Source of the DNA: Octopus vulgaris | Taxonomy: Eukaryota | Direction: 5' to 3' | Length of the DNA: 64,000 nt | NCBI GenBank assembly: GCA_951406725.2 | Contig: OX597816.1 | Location: 7,688,001 to 7,752,000, forward strand | Part shown: positions 51,653 through 64,000 of the stretch, piece after piece | Layout: each line of letters starts with the position of its first letter | How positions within the stretch are numbered: the stretch's first letter is position 1 | The notes under the pieces: model-generated | The model's input: only the letters and a program-made list of their open reading frames with translations | Told to the model about the DNA's origin: nothing | The model's database searches: none | Program-made: the position numbers and the translations under genes

Positions 51653-52198
51653 TCCCGATCGATGTCCGCAGCAAGTTCTTTAAAAATTTATCTTAATATT
51701 TCTATTCGTTGTTACTACGTTTATTCATACATTGTTACGAAAATTTAACCTTTTAAGGCTACTTTCAAGCCTTCGCCATAACTTGATTTATCTTTCTATC
51801 TCTCTCTCTACAAAATTTAACCTTAGGCTAGGCTACCTCAAGCCGTAATCCCATCTCTTCCCTTCTCTTTCCATCTTTCAGCCATTGGCGGTCTTTTTTC
51901 CTCCTCTTACCATTACGATTCTACAATTTAAATTCCCAATTCAACTAACTTACTTCTTCAATTTCAACTCCCGATCGATGTCCGCAGCAAGTTCTTTAAA
52001 AATTTATCTTAATATTTCTATTCGTTGTTACTACGTTTATTCATACATTGTTACGAAAATTTAACCTTTTAAGGCTACTTTCAAGCCTTCGCCATAACTT
52101 GATTTATCTTTCTATCTCTCTCTCTACAAAATTTAACCTTAGGCAAGGCTACCTCAAGCCGTAATCCCATCTCTTTCCATCTTTCAGCCATTGGCGGT
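51651..52198. repeat. ~235-bp direct repeat (51651-51891, 51967-52198) starting at a (TA)n tract
   Basis: ACTCCCGATCGATGTCCGCAG...CAGCCATTGGCGGT twice, one ~9-bp indel. Confidence 0.9.
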
Positions 52199-53179
52199 GC
52201 GCCCGCCCCCCCACCCCCACCACCAATACCGATGAACACTGTTCTCACCCCCACCACCAATACCGGTGAACACTGTTCTCACCGCCAACACCACCAATAC
52301 TGGTGAACACTGTTCCTCACCCCCCACCACCAATACCAGTATACCCTGTCCTCACCATCTACACCGGATACGCCTTACTCATCTACACCGGGTACGCCCT
52401 ACTCCCTCCTCCTCCCCCCACTACCCCTTCTCCTCATATGCTTTCACTGTGAAAAGACAAGCTGCTAGCGCCATAGCTCATCAACTGCCCACCGATCTTA
52501 CGCTTCCTCCTGACACTGCTTCATTCCGACTATCCCCCTTTAGCACCCTCCCGCCTCGTAATATCCTACGTTTTTATTTCTTAGGAACCTACACCAACCC
52601 TTCCTGCCATCGTTCCTCCTTACCCCAACCTTCCCCACTGGTTGCTCCCCTATATTACCCACCTCAACTGGACCCCCCCTCCCCAACTCAACTCTAGAAT
52701 ATCTGTATTCTTTCCTCTACCTAATAACGTTACTCAGTGACGATAACGAATGTCTTTATTTCTTAGGAACCTACACCAACCCTTCCTTACTCAGTGACGA
52801 TAAATGCTGTGACTACAAAGACCCGGGCTGCTTTCTGCAGCAATTCCACATACCCCCTACTCATTCTAAGTACCCCGGATCCCCAAAGTACCCCGGACCT
52901 CGTTGCCCCCGTGCCGCTGACACGTTAAAATGCTCGAACCGATCGTGACGATGCCGGACCCTCCGGCCCCTGTGCAGGTGGCACGTAAAAGCACCCAATC
53001 CACTCACGGAGTGGTTGGCGTTAGGAAGGGCATCCAGCCGTAGAAACTCTGCCAGATTCAGACTGGAGCCTGGTGCGGCCCCTGGCTTCCCAGACCCGGT
53101 CAAACCGTCCAACCCGTGCTAGCGCGGAAAGCGGACGTTAAACGATGATGATGATGATGATGATGATATATATATATAT

Positions 53180-53354
53180 ACTTTATTTAAAAGCGGCAGA
53201 AATTCAACAAAACCTGTTACTCAGAGTTTCACGATAACAAAACTGTCCGACAAACGGGAACGTGAAACTCCGAGTAACAGGTTTTGTTGAATTTCTGCTG
53301 CTTTTAAATAAAGCATATTACCCTACCCCTGGTATTTGAGTACTCTTTTTTCCA

Positions 53355-53356
<2 letters not shown>
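53180..53356. mobile_element. Penelope-pLTR-like foldback in (TA)n with hammerhead-like motif at 53243-53280 (+)
   Basis: ~53-bp inverted arms; ctgt-CCGACAA-acg(ggaa)cgt-GAAA-ctc(c)gag-TA-acag. Confidence 0.6.
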
Positions 53357-53390
<34 letters not shown>

Positions 53391-53393
<3 letters not shown>

Positions 53394-53812
53394 GCAGGAG
53401 TGGCTGTGTGGTAAGTAGCTTGCTAACCAACCACATGGTTCCGGGTTCAGTCCCACTGCGTGGCATCTTGGGCAAGTGTCTTCTGCTATAGCCCCAGGCC
53501 GACCAATGCCTTGTGAGTGGATTTGGTAGACGGAAACTGAAAGAAGCCTGTCGTATATATGTATATATATTAATATATGTATGTGTGTGTATGTGTTTGT
53601 GTGTTTGTGTTTGTCCCCCTAGCATTGCTTGACAGCCGATGCTGGTGTGTTTACGTCCCCGTCACTTAGCGGTTCGGCAAAAGAGACCGATAGAATAAGT
53701 ACTGCGCTTACAAAGAATAAGTCCCGGGGTCGATTTGCTCGACTAAAGGCGGTGCTCCAGCATGGCCGCAGTCAAATGACTGAAACAAGTAAAAGAGTAA
53801 AAGAGTAAAGAG
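53391..53812 (+). mobile_element. SINE family A, full length
   Basis: Head to (AAAGAGT)n tail; other copies at 50700-51030 (-), 56720-57113 (-), 62872-63300 (+). Confidence 0.9.
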
Positions 53813-53813
53813 T

Positions 53814-53860
<47 letters not shown>

Positions 53861-53930
53861 TTCATATATATATATATATACGCACACATTCATATATATA
53901 TATATATACACACACATTCATATATATACA

Positions 53931-53979
<49 letters not shown>

Positions 53980-54705
53980 TCATATATATGTATATGTGTG
54001 TGTGTGTTTGTCCTTCCCTCCCATTCCTTGACAAACGGTGTTGGTGTGTTTACGTCCCCATAACTTAGCGGTTTGGCAAAAGGGAACCGACGGAATAAGT
54101 ATCAGGCTTATGGGTCCGACTCATTCACCTAAAAATTCTTCACGACAGTACCCCAGCATGGCCACAAGTCTCATGGCTGGAACATCTAGAAAGAAAAATT
54201 AATTCTCCTCTTTGCTAAGGGGGGGGGTAGAAAAGACATACATAAAAACGGAATGGTAAATGTTAGGAAAGGGGCATTTGATCCTTAGTTCTGTACATTC
54301 AAGGCTGACCTGGTGATTTAAGATTAACAACATGGCCAAAGCCTCAGAAATTGGAACTTGAACAACTTCATAACAATTCAGAAACTTAACTAAAACAATG
54401 TCTGACAGATCCGTCTTCTTCTATGTATAAACCCTTAAATATCCTTTAAAAAGAAGGTCCTCCTTAATATATATAACCCACACATTCCTCTCTCTCTCTC
54501 TCCAACTGCCTTTATATCATTATAATCGCATTAATCACAAACTGTCCAAAGGACACGTGACAGTTCCCCCCCACCCCCAAAAAATATGTGGCACTGTCCT
54601 TCCCCAACACTACCACCACGGTCCTTCTAACCTAGAAATGTATTCTCCTCAATCTCCCTGTCCCCATCACTAATTTATGAACCAAATACTTAAGACACCT
54701 TTCAG

Positions 54706-54757
<52 letters not shown>

Positions 54758-54775
54758 TTAATAATAATAATAATA

Positions 54776-55143
54776 GGTGAGGTTTGTGTTGGCTGAAGAA
54801 GTGCAAAAGATTGTCTTAACTGGTACATCACACGTATTGAGAAGAGCATTGTCGATGTGAGAACTATTACTACCCATGTATTTTAATTTAACTTTAAAAA
54901 AAAATTTTTTTAAATGAACGAACTAGTGAGTTTAGTTTAATGGCCTACCAATGTATACTATGAGTTTCTTTGCCCTAGGAGTCGGGAAGACACTCGGCAA
55001 GAAATGGAAGCAAATTTGAAAGAAGAAAAAAAAAGATAATAATAATAATAATAATGAAGAGGAGGGTTCTTGGTATCTAAGGTTACTTGTTGTAGCCTGA
55101 TGTTAGGATTCTTTTCTTTTCTAACAGTCTAATCTGTTGAGTG

Positions 55144-55145
<2 letters not shown>
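54776..55145 (+). mobile_element. Two 3' tails of R4/Dong-like (RLE-type) non-LTR retrotransposons inserted in (TAA)n
   Basis: EEVQKIVLTGTSHVLRRALSM* matches the QK..L.GT..ILR..L C-terminus of RLE elements; second fragment RRVLGI*; each bounded by (TAA)n. Confidence 0.75.
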
Positions 55146-55209
<64 letters not shown>

Positions 55210-55425
55210 AAAATTTGATTGCTTTGTCATACCTTCTGAGCCATTTGGCTTTCAGTTGTATTCGTTGTTTCGGTTTCTTTGGTTGCAGGGAGGTTTATAA
55301 AATCAAAGTATTTATTTACTGCCAACAAGGAGCTGCATTTGCACGGTAGATTTGAAAAATTAGAATATATAAGCACGAGGCATTTACTGGATTGCCTCGT
55401 GTATATATAAATAATTTAAGGTGTA

Positions 55426-55496
55426 CCTGCTGAAGAAGACTTCGCCTAGCAAATTATTTTATTTGCTAAAAACAAGTCTGAAACCATTGGTCCAGG
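55426..55496 (+). ncRNA. Type I hammerhead ribozyme with intact core
   Basis: cctg-CTGAAGA-agactt[TAGCAAAT/ATTTGCTA hairpin]aagtct-GAAA-cca(t)tgg-TC-cagg; predicted GUC cleavage after 55492. Confidence 0.75.
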
Positions 55497-55710
55497 AATT
55501 AGATGGTAAATGTTTTTATTTTTCAGTCCCTTCGAAATTTTATCTCTAATAGTGGTTTGGAATTTAACTGTTCTCTCTAGCGTGCAAGGAGTCCTATGAT
55601 AGATGCCTCTTATGTGTTTAAGTGTACACTGTATTTATGTGAATAATTTTTACACGCTAGGCCACTGGTAATGAAAATTTCTTATATTTCTGATTACCCT
55701 TTGATATTAT

Positions 55711-55769
<59 letters not shown>

Positions 55770-55784
<15 letters not shown>

Positions 55785-56087
55785 GGCAAAATGTCTGTGT
55801 GTGTGTGTCCTTTATACAAATCCACAATTTTTCAGTTAGAGGGCTTGCACTTTCTATGGTCATTCAAAATCATCCAAGGGTGGTCGTGCACATCTTTACA
55901 TTTCCCCAGTCACCCTGCAAAGCCATTAAAAAAATCAATAGAAGTTATTTTTTTGTGAATTTTCTATCTAAAACCCAATCAAAATGCCCGAAACTTGATA
56001 CGCCAAGTTGGAGATTTGGTTGGAGATTTGGACAGTTCTCGCGTGTATGTGCACACGCACGCAGCTGTATATGCAGGCACTAGCCAG

Positions 56088-56088
<1 letters not shown>
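55770..56088 (+). mobile_element. Helitron H1 copy lacking the 3' hairpin, embedded in (TA)n (55714-55780, 56087-56508)
   Basis: Colinear with 1870-2205. Confidence 0.8.
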
Positions 56089-56180
<92 letters not shown>

Positions 56181-56278
56181 GACATATATATATATATATA
56201 TAAATATATATACATATATATGTATATATGTGTATATATATGTATATATATATATAAATATATATACATATATGTGTA

Positions 56279-56464
<186 letters not shown>

Positions 56465-57141
56465 ATATATATGTGTATATATATATATATGTATGTATGT
56501 ATATATATAACTGTAAACAGAGTTAGCGGTTATAATGGACTAAAGGATAAAATATCCATATACCAGTATCCGTTACTTGTGTTATCCCCAGGTACACTAT
56601 GCACGTAGAATGCAGATAACAGGATAAACAAGAGTTTATCAGGAAACAAATACAAAGAACCAGGAAATTTTCTCCATTTTCTGATTATTTGTATATATAT
56701 ATAAATATGTATGTATGTATACTCTTTACTCTTTTACTTGTTTAAGTCATTTGACTGCAGCCATGCTGGAGCACCGCCTTTAGTCGAGCAAATCGACCCC
56801 AGGACTTATTTTTTGTAAGCCCAGTACTTATTCTATCGATCTCTTTTTGCCGAACCGCTAAGTTACAAGGCCGTAAACACACCAGCATCGGTTATCAAGC
56901 GATGTTGGGGGGGACAAACACACACACATATACATACATATACATATATACGACGGGCTTCTATCAGTTTCCGTCTACCAAATCCACTCACAAGGCTTTG
57001 GTTGGTCCGAGGGTATAGTAGAAGACACTTGTCCTAGGTTCCATGCAGTGGGACTGAACCCGGGACCATGTGGTTGGTTAGCAAGCTACTTACCACACAT
57101 CTACTCCTGTGCTCTATGTATATAATGTATGTACATAAAGA

Positions 57142-57173
<32 letters not shown>

Positions 57174-58069
57174 AATATGTATATATATATATATATATAT
57201 AAATAGATATGTATGCATATAAATATATATGTATGTATGTACGTGTATATGTTTTTGTGTCTGTGTTTGTCCTCCCACCATCGCTTAACAACCAATGGTG
57301 GTGTGTTTACGTACCCATAATCTAGCGGTTCAGTAAAAGAGACTGATAGAATAAGTACTAGGCTTACAAAGAATAAGTCCTGGGGTTGATTTACTCGACT
57401 AAAGGTGGTGCTCCAGCATGACCACATTCAAATGACTGAAACAAATTTTAAAAAATCTATCTCTCTATACCTATTTCTTTATTATCCACAAGGGGCTAAA
57501 TATACACACACACACACACACATATACATACATCTATATATACATATCTCTCTATATCTATATATAATTAATAAATCTTAGGTAGCAAAAAATTTAGAAA
57601 AATTCATTGTTACCAGTTGTCTAGCAGGAAGAAAAAAACTAGTCAATAGAAAAACACACACATATATATATATTTAGTTATTTGCATGTATATATTATAA
57701 ATATGTACACGTATATGTGTAAATAGATGTCTGTATATATATGAGAGAGAGAGACATATGCCCTCCCCAGGCAATGTTGTGTGACACAGCAAATAGTAGG
57801 TCAACATATTTAGTGTTTCTGATCTAATCCCAAACAAAGACCGATGGAACATCCACTACTTACGTCAATTGTATGAAACAATAGAGAAAATTAACAACAA
57901 AACACTGTGATTTCTCACCCAACAATAAACAGTTTGTCACGTGAAAATTTCTCATAACTTCCTGAGGTTAATTTAGACTCATCTACAATCCTTAAATTTA
58001 TTCAACTTTCAGTGGCTTAGTCTAGTATTTCTGTCAAGGGAAGCAAGGATGCCTTGGGGTGTTGAAGGC

Positions 58070-58548
58070 TGCAAATTTTTTTTCCCACGTGAGTTCCGGA
58101 TCCCGCTAATGAGCTCATTTGCATACAGCCAATCAGAGCTCGCCTTGATCTTGCCAAGTTAACAAAGACACTCTACCAAGTAAACTCAATATGAAGAACG
58201 GTGTTGTAAGTTGATCACCAAGTTATGCCTGATTTTAGAAGGAGACATGTAATTAGATAAATAGGCATCTATACCTATTATTGGGTTTTGTTAGGGCCCC
58301 ATATGCCAAAAATGTGGGTAGAGGGTGATGTGCTAGCAACCCCCTCCCCTTATGGATTTTCAGAGTAAAACAACAAATAACTATGCATGGTTGGAACAAG
58401 AACAAGCATTATTAACCAAGTGACCTTATCTTATCGTCCATCACTTGTTACGTGCACTCATAAATTAGTTTGGTAGTTGAGCTCTGATTGGCTGTATGCA
58501 AATGAGTTCATAAGTAGGGTCCGGAACTCTCGTGGGGGGAAAGATTTC
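58070..58548. mobile_element. MITE-like element with ~70-bp inverted ends containing octamer + CCAAT
   Basis: CCCACGTGAGTTCCGGA..CTCATTTGCATACAGCCAATCAGAGCTC / GAGCTCTGATTGGCTGTATGCAAATGAG..TCCGGAACTCTCGTGGG; TSD not resolved. Confidence 0.65.
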
Positions 58549-58954
58549 GCTGGAGGGCTATGAGAATTGAAAAGAGGGCGGAGAAATTACGATGTTTGAT
58601 AAAGTGAAAGTGTTTTCCAACTTTTTAAACATATCCGACATCAGAAGAATTATTTAATTTAACTTACGATGAATGTAAACGAAGATGACTTTAGAAGCGT
58701 TGAGATGTATTGAAAGATACAGAAATAATTTATTCTCAAACGCATAATAATAATAATGCTAATACAATAGCATGGGCAGGATAAACTATCTATATAGTGC
58801 AATATATGGATAGTTTCATGCGTTTGAGAATAAATTATTAAATTGTTTTCTTCTCCTTAATAAAAGAAGAGGCGCCAAAATTAAGCAGCCATATTGGACT
58901 GACAGCTATTTGTCAACTTAGCAGTTCGTTGGTTACAGTCTACCTACCAACTTA

Positions 58955-59253
58955 GGTGTGTGTGTGTATATGTATGTATGTATGTATGTGTGTGTATGTA
59001 TGTATGTATGTATGTGTATGTATGTATGTATGTATGTATGTATGTGTGTGTATGTATGTATGTATGTATGTATGTGTGTATGTGTGTATATGTATGTATG
59101 TATGTGTGTGTATGTATGTATGTGTGTGTATGTATGTATGTATGTGTGTATCATCATCATCGTTAATGTATGTGTTTAGGTGTATGTATGTATCTGTATG
59201 TGCATATACATATGTATGTATGTGTGACTGCATGTATGTGTGTGTGTATGTAT
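58955..59253. repeat. (TGTA)n/(TG)n microsatellite
   Basis: Directly visible. Confidence 0.97.
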
Positions 59254-59717
59254 GTCATTGTTCAGTTTTATTTCAAGATTTCTTGCCAATAGACAAAGAG
59301 ACGGTTTCTAACCTAGATCCAAGGCTCCTTCATTGGAATTTCAACATCAACAACAGTGTAGTGTAATGTATATATCTATGCTTGCATGTATGTATGTAGA
59401 ATTTGTCATCAGGGTTTACTCTGCTCAATCCGCTGTGTTCAGTTAGAAACAGGGCCACATCGAGAAGGATTTGATCTTTGAAATCACGCACAGTGATCCT
59501 TGGTGTGGAGAGGCCAAGATCTCTTCCTTTGACTTCGAAAACATGAACATGACACCGTTGCTGGCTCACAAAGTTCAGATAGACTTGACATGTGATCCAT
59601 CAAATGTTTGCATTTAATTGCTTCACACAGCGATGTCCTCTTTACTGAGCATTCTACTCCTGACTGCCAAATTCCACGTGGAACTGAAGAGTAAGCAACT
59701 TTTTGACTAAACTAGAA

Positions 59718-60036
59718 TCATCATCATCATCATCGTCGTCGTTTAACGTTCGCTTTCCATGCTGGCATGGGTTGGACGATTTGACTGAGGGCTGGCGAAC
59801 CAGATGGCTGCACCAGACTCCAATCTGATCTGGCAGAGTTTCTACAGCTGGATGCCCTTCCTAACGCCAACCACTTCGAGAGTGTAGTGGGTGCCTTTTA
59901 CGTGTCACCGGCACGAGGGCCAGTCAGGCGGTACTGGCAACGGCCACACTCAAATGGTGCTTTTTATGTGCCACCTGCACAGGAGCCAGTCCAGCAGCAC
60001 TGGCAACGACCTCGCTCGAATGTTTTTTCACGTGCC
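59718..60036 (-). mobile_element. RTE 3'-end copy; others at 47859-48122 (-) and ~52900-53166 (+)
   Basis: (CAT)n then family core. Confidence 0.88.
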
Positions 60037-60905
60037 GTGTACAATATCCGAAGACAAATACGTACTTTTAAAGTGAACACGGATTTATACTTCGGTTGTG
60101 TGTACAATCACAAATGGCCGACTGAATATACAACGAGTCTCAAGGTTGCACCTGGGTACAAACACAGCACCTATTGTATTGCCCTCAATAGGTTCCAGAT
60201 TCAAGTGGGTTCTTGGTAAGATGAATGATAAACACATCTGTTGTTATTTGTTTATACACACACACACATTCACACACACATATATATATCCAGAGAGAAA
60301 GTGGGGGAAGAGATGTACACCATCTATATAAAAAAATCTGTGTTTCCCCGTCGTGTGTGAATGTCGAGAGTCCTTTAGCAAAATAACGGATAAGGTGCGG
60401 GGAGTAATGAAGATATTCTCTAAATGTAGAAATAGCGATGAAATTATGGTCTGCTACAAAAGGCTAACAAAAACTCAAAATAGTATAGAAACAGAAATAT
60501 TTGTGTATTCAGTTAAAAGTATTTATTATATGTAGTCAATTTAAGGTTAGCAATTAGAGAGGTCGTAACGTAAAACTAAGTCAAAGAACAACATTTTTGT
60601 GTAATTAAAGCCATATGATCTCAACCCACTCGCAAGTATATATGCACACCCACGCATCGTTTGTAAAGCATGTTTCCTGTTTTTCCCAAGTGAATAGGTC
60701 CATGAAATCTCAATTATTGCAAATAATATTGGCAGTTTCGAATGAATTCAATGTTACGACGATGGGGATGAGTGAAAGTCTACCAAAATGCTTTTGAACA
60801 TAGATCTGATGTGTTCAATATTGCTGATGTATAAAATTGGTAAACTTGTCCGATGTGTACGTTTTGGAGACAAAGACCTTGACTTCCGATAGACTTAGAA
60901 AATAG

Positions 60906-61550
60906 GGTCAAACTAAAGCGTTTGACCCGGTCATAAAAACAAAAAACAAATAGTGAAATAGGTGTAAAACAACTTGCTCTAAACGAAGATGACAAAAAAA
61001 ATGCACGCTCGCGAAAGGGGGGTGGGGGAGAGGACTCCTACTCTATAATAATAATAATAATAATAATAATTAATTCGTTTATTGGCCCCAAGGGCTAACA
61101 AAAATCAATTAAAACATAAAGGGACAAAACACAGGACGAAAATTACAAAGGGTTTTATCCGTTTGAAAAAAGTCTGTACAAAAGCAGGATAACAACAACA
61201 GATACTATGGCCTTTTCTTTGATAATATCTTTCTTGCTTATTTAAATTCAGTTCAATGCATACTTGCCTTGAACCAACCATTTCTCTTTGTGTGTGTGTT
61301 CTTGATAATCGTTTAGAACAAGTAGTTTTACACCAATTACACTATTTAAAAATTTTTTTTTCCGGCCCGGGTCAAACACTGTAGTCTTAAAGGCCATGGA
61401 CTGAAAATGTGAATTTTCCCAGGCCTCTCCCCCACCTCCCTTTCGCGAGCGCGCATTTTTTTTTCATATTCGTTTAGAGGAAGTTGTTTTACACCTATTA
61501 CACTATTTTCTTTTTTGTTTTGTGCCCGGGTCAAACGCTTTAGTTTGACC
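60906..61550. mobile_element. GG..CC MITE with ~130-bp TIRs and 8-bp TSD; contains a LINE-like 3' tail (61045-61190, minus)
   Basis: TIR GGTCAAACTAAAGCGTTTGACCCGG... / ...CCGGGTCAAACGCTTTAGTTTGACC; TSD GAAAATAG / GAGAATAG. Confidence 0.8.
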
Positions 61551-62191
61551 GAGAATAGAAGGGTCTTAACAGCCGACAGTACGTGTTGTAATTTTACGAG
61601 AATTGTTTACAAAGGATGATTAATTAAACTGACAATTAACCATTTTGTAGTATAAATATTGTATACACATCACTTCCGATTTGTAGTGGTGGTCATGGTC
61701 AGCATAGACATAGGGATCCGACTCAACAGATAAATAACAGTGGGCAGGTGTGTGTGCGTGCGCGCATACATAGATACCTTGTGTATAATTAGATAGAAAA
61801 AGGGTTCCTGAAAATAAAAAGCAAATTTCTCATATTTCTTATTTTCTATTGAATTCCTCACAAAAAACAGTTCCTCATTAAGTTCCTGAAGATCCAAGGC
61901 TAAGAAAACTTTTCTGAATTTATCGAAGAACTCTTAACCATTCCTAAATAGTAATTCTAAAACAAATGACGTAAAAAACATCTTGCGAATCTCTTCTTGC
62001 CAAGAATATTTGATCTCCCAATTTCTTGGAATTATTTGTAAACAAGTACTTAAGCCGATCTATTTACAATGACTGCTTTCTATATTTTGCCTTTTTATTT
62101 GTAATATTAGTTATTGAAGTCAGAATAAAGTAATGGTTTGTGTGACTCCATCTCGTCTTTTCTTCAATCTGTCTAGTCATTATGAAATATA

Positions 62192-62579
62192 TTTATATAT
62201 AAAAGAGAGGTTGTGTGAGTGTCTGTCTCCTACGATTTAGATTCCTAACTACTCCCACATTTTGCGGTGCAGTTTAACCAAAACCGGGTATCTTATAGTC
62301 GTGATTCATATCGAGCCCTTCTGGGTATTAGCGCGCGTCTACGATGAGTCTACGATTAAAAAAAAAATTACCATCATTTTTTCCATTTTAATGCATTTTT
62401 CGCTATTATATAAGGGAAGTAACTCTCTAAAAATGTCTACGATGAGTCAACGATTTAAAAAAAAATTTACCATCATTTTTTTTTCCATATTTAATGCATT
62501 TTTTTGCTATTTTTTGGCTATAACTCTCTAAAAATGCTAATATAGTTCTTTCCCTTACAAACCCGAGCGATACTGCTAG
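62192..62579 (+). mobile_element. Non-autonomous Helitron (H2-related) with internal ~100-bp duplication
   Basis: TTTATATATAAAAG start, ..GATACTGCTAG|T end as in 25560-25950; TCTACGATGAGTC block repeated. Confidence 0.7.
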
Positions 62580-63087
62580 TAGTTTATAAAGCAGTATTCG
62601 AATTGGCATTGGTACCGAAGTAACGGGCAGACACCAAACTCTAAAAATATATTCTTGTAAATATATCTCCAAATTCCGACTTCTCGCGATTATTGCTTCG
62701 TTTCAGTTGAAAAATGTTTACGGTGGCTGATCAAATGGGACACGAACGTTTAACAAGCAAACAGTTTAGGAAAGTTCTGGCAGTGAAATGGCCAGAAGTA
62801 TATCAAATATGCGGAAGATCACAACACAGGACCTGTCAACCAGTCTAATATTTTATTAATTTGTACATTAAGGCGCAGGGGTGGCTGTTGTGGTAAGTAG
62901 CTTGCTTACCAAACACATGGTAAGTAGCTTGCTTACCAACCACATGGTTCCGGGGTTCAGTCCCACTGCATGGCACCTTGGGCAAGTGTGTTCTACTATA
63001 GCCTCGGGCTGACCAAAGTCATGTGAATGGATTTGGTAGACGGAAAATGAAAGAAGCCTGTCGTATATATATGTGTGTGTCTATGTG

Positions 63088-63123
<36 letters not shown>

Positions 63124-64000
63124 TGTGTGTGTGTGTGTGTGTGTGTGTTTGTCCCTTGACAACCGATGCTGGTGTGTGTATGTTTCCGATACAATAAGTA
63201 CTAGACTTTCAAAGAATAAGTCCTGGGGTCGATTTGTTCGACTAAAGGCGGTACTCCAGCATGGCCGCAGTCAGATGACTGAAACAAGTAAAAGAATAAA
63301 AGAATTGTTACAAAAACATAGTTTTCCTTTCAAGAATCTCTTTGAAACTTACCAGGAATGACGGTGCCAAAACTCAAATGTTTGATATTACTGGTTTCAA
63401 ATTTTGGCACAAGGCCAGTAATTTCGGGGGAGGGTGTAAGTTGATTACATCAACCCCAGTACTCTACTGGTACTTATTTCATCGACCCTGAAAGGATGAA
63501 AGAAAGGCGAAGTGGACTTTACTGGTACTTATTTTATCGACCCCAAAAGGATGAAAGGCAAAGTGGACGTCGGCGGAATTTGAACTCAGAACGTTAAGAC
63601 GGACGAAATGCTGCTAAGCGTTTAGTCCGGCACGCTAACGATTCTGTAAGCTCTAACTGCCTTCAGTGTTAGATATTGTTAAAGACAAATAAACGAGTGT
63701 TTTTGAATTAAAATAGACACTTGATGGGGGCAGGCATTTCCATGAGAAGAGATTTAACTGTGGAATGCCTGAAATGCCGTTCTTGCCTGAAGCAGTCACA
63801 AAAATAGATAAAAGGATAAACAAGCAACGTATTCAACTGTAATCTAGAAATAAATGTCATTATTTAATACGATAAGGAGGGAACAGATATAAATGGTTGG
63901 GGCAGAAATGTTGTTATGGTAAGATAATAATAAACACTAAACTGCTTAACTCAGTAAGTTGGTCTCCAAAAAAAACTGGAGTGAGTTTGTGTCAGTATCG

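Noticed and set aside
52266-52697. 143-aa Pro/Thr-rich ORF
   Set aside because: Arises from C-rich low-complexity repeats, non-ATG start, no recognisable domain

Overview
AT-rich, repeat-saturated eukaryotic non-coding DNA with no supportable host protein-coding gene, rRNA, true tRNA gene or CRISPR array. The SINE families, (TA)n tracts and TTAGGG repeats fit a coleoid cephalopod (Octopus-like) intergenic or intronic region; this taxon call is inference. Retroelements: at least 4 tRNA-headed SINE families, RTE-clade LINE fragments (a 413-codon RT 3' half and about 13 truncated copies of its structured 3' UTR), R4/Dong-like tails in (TAA)n, a Gypsy integrase plus 3' LTR remnant, a Penelope-like ORF remnant and several hammerhead-ribozyme-like motifs. 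DNA transposons: Tc1/mariner, pogo, hAT, MULE and Helitron derivatives, plus GG...CC foldback elements with 8-bp TSDs, some carrying telomere repeats. Tandem structures: a near-identical 5 x ~1.88 kb array and a 26/52-bp minisatellite derived from LINE codons. Most ORF-track entries are microsatellite or SINE artefacts.
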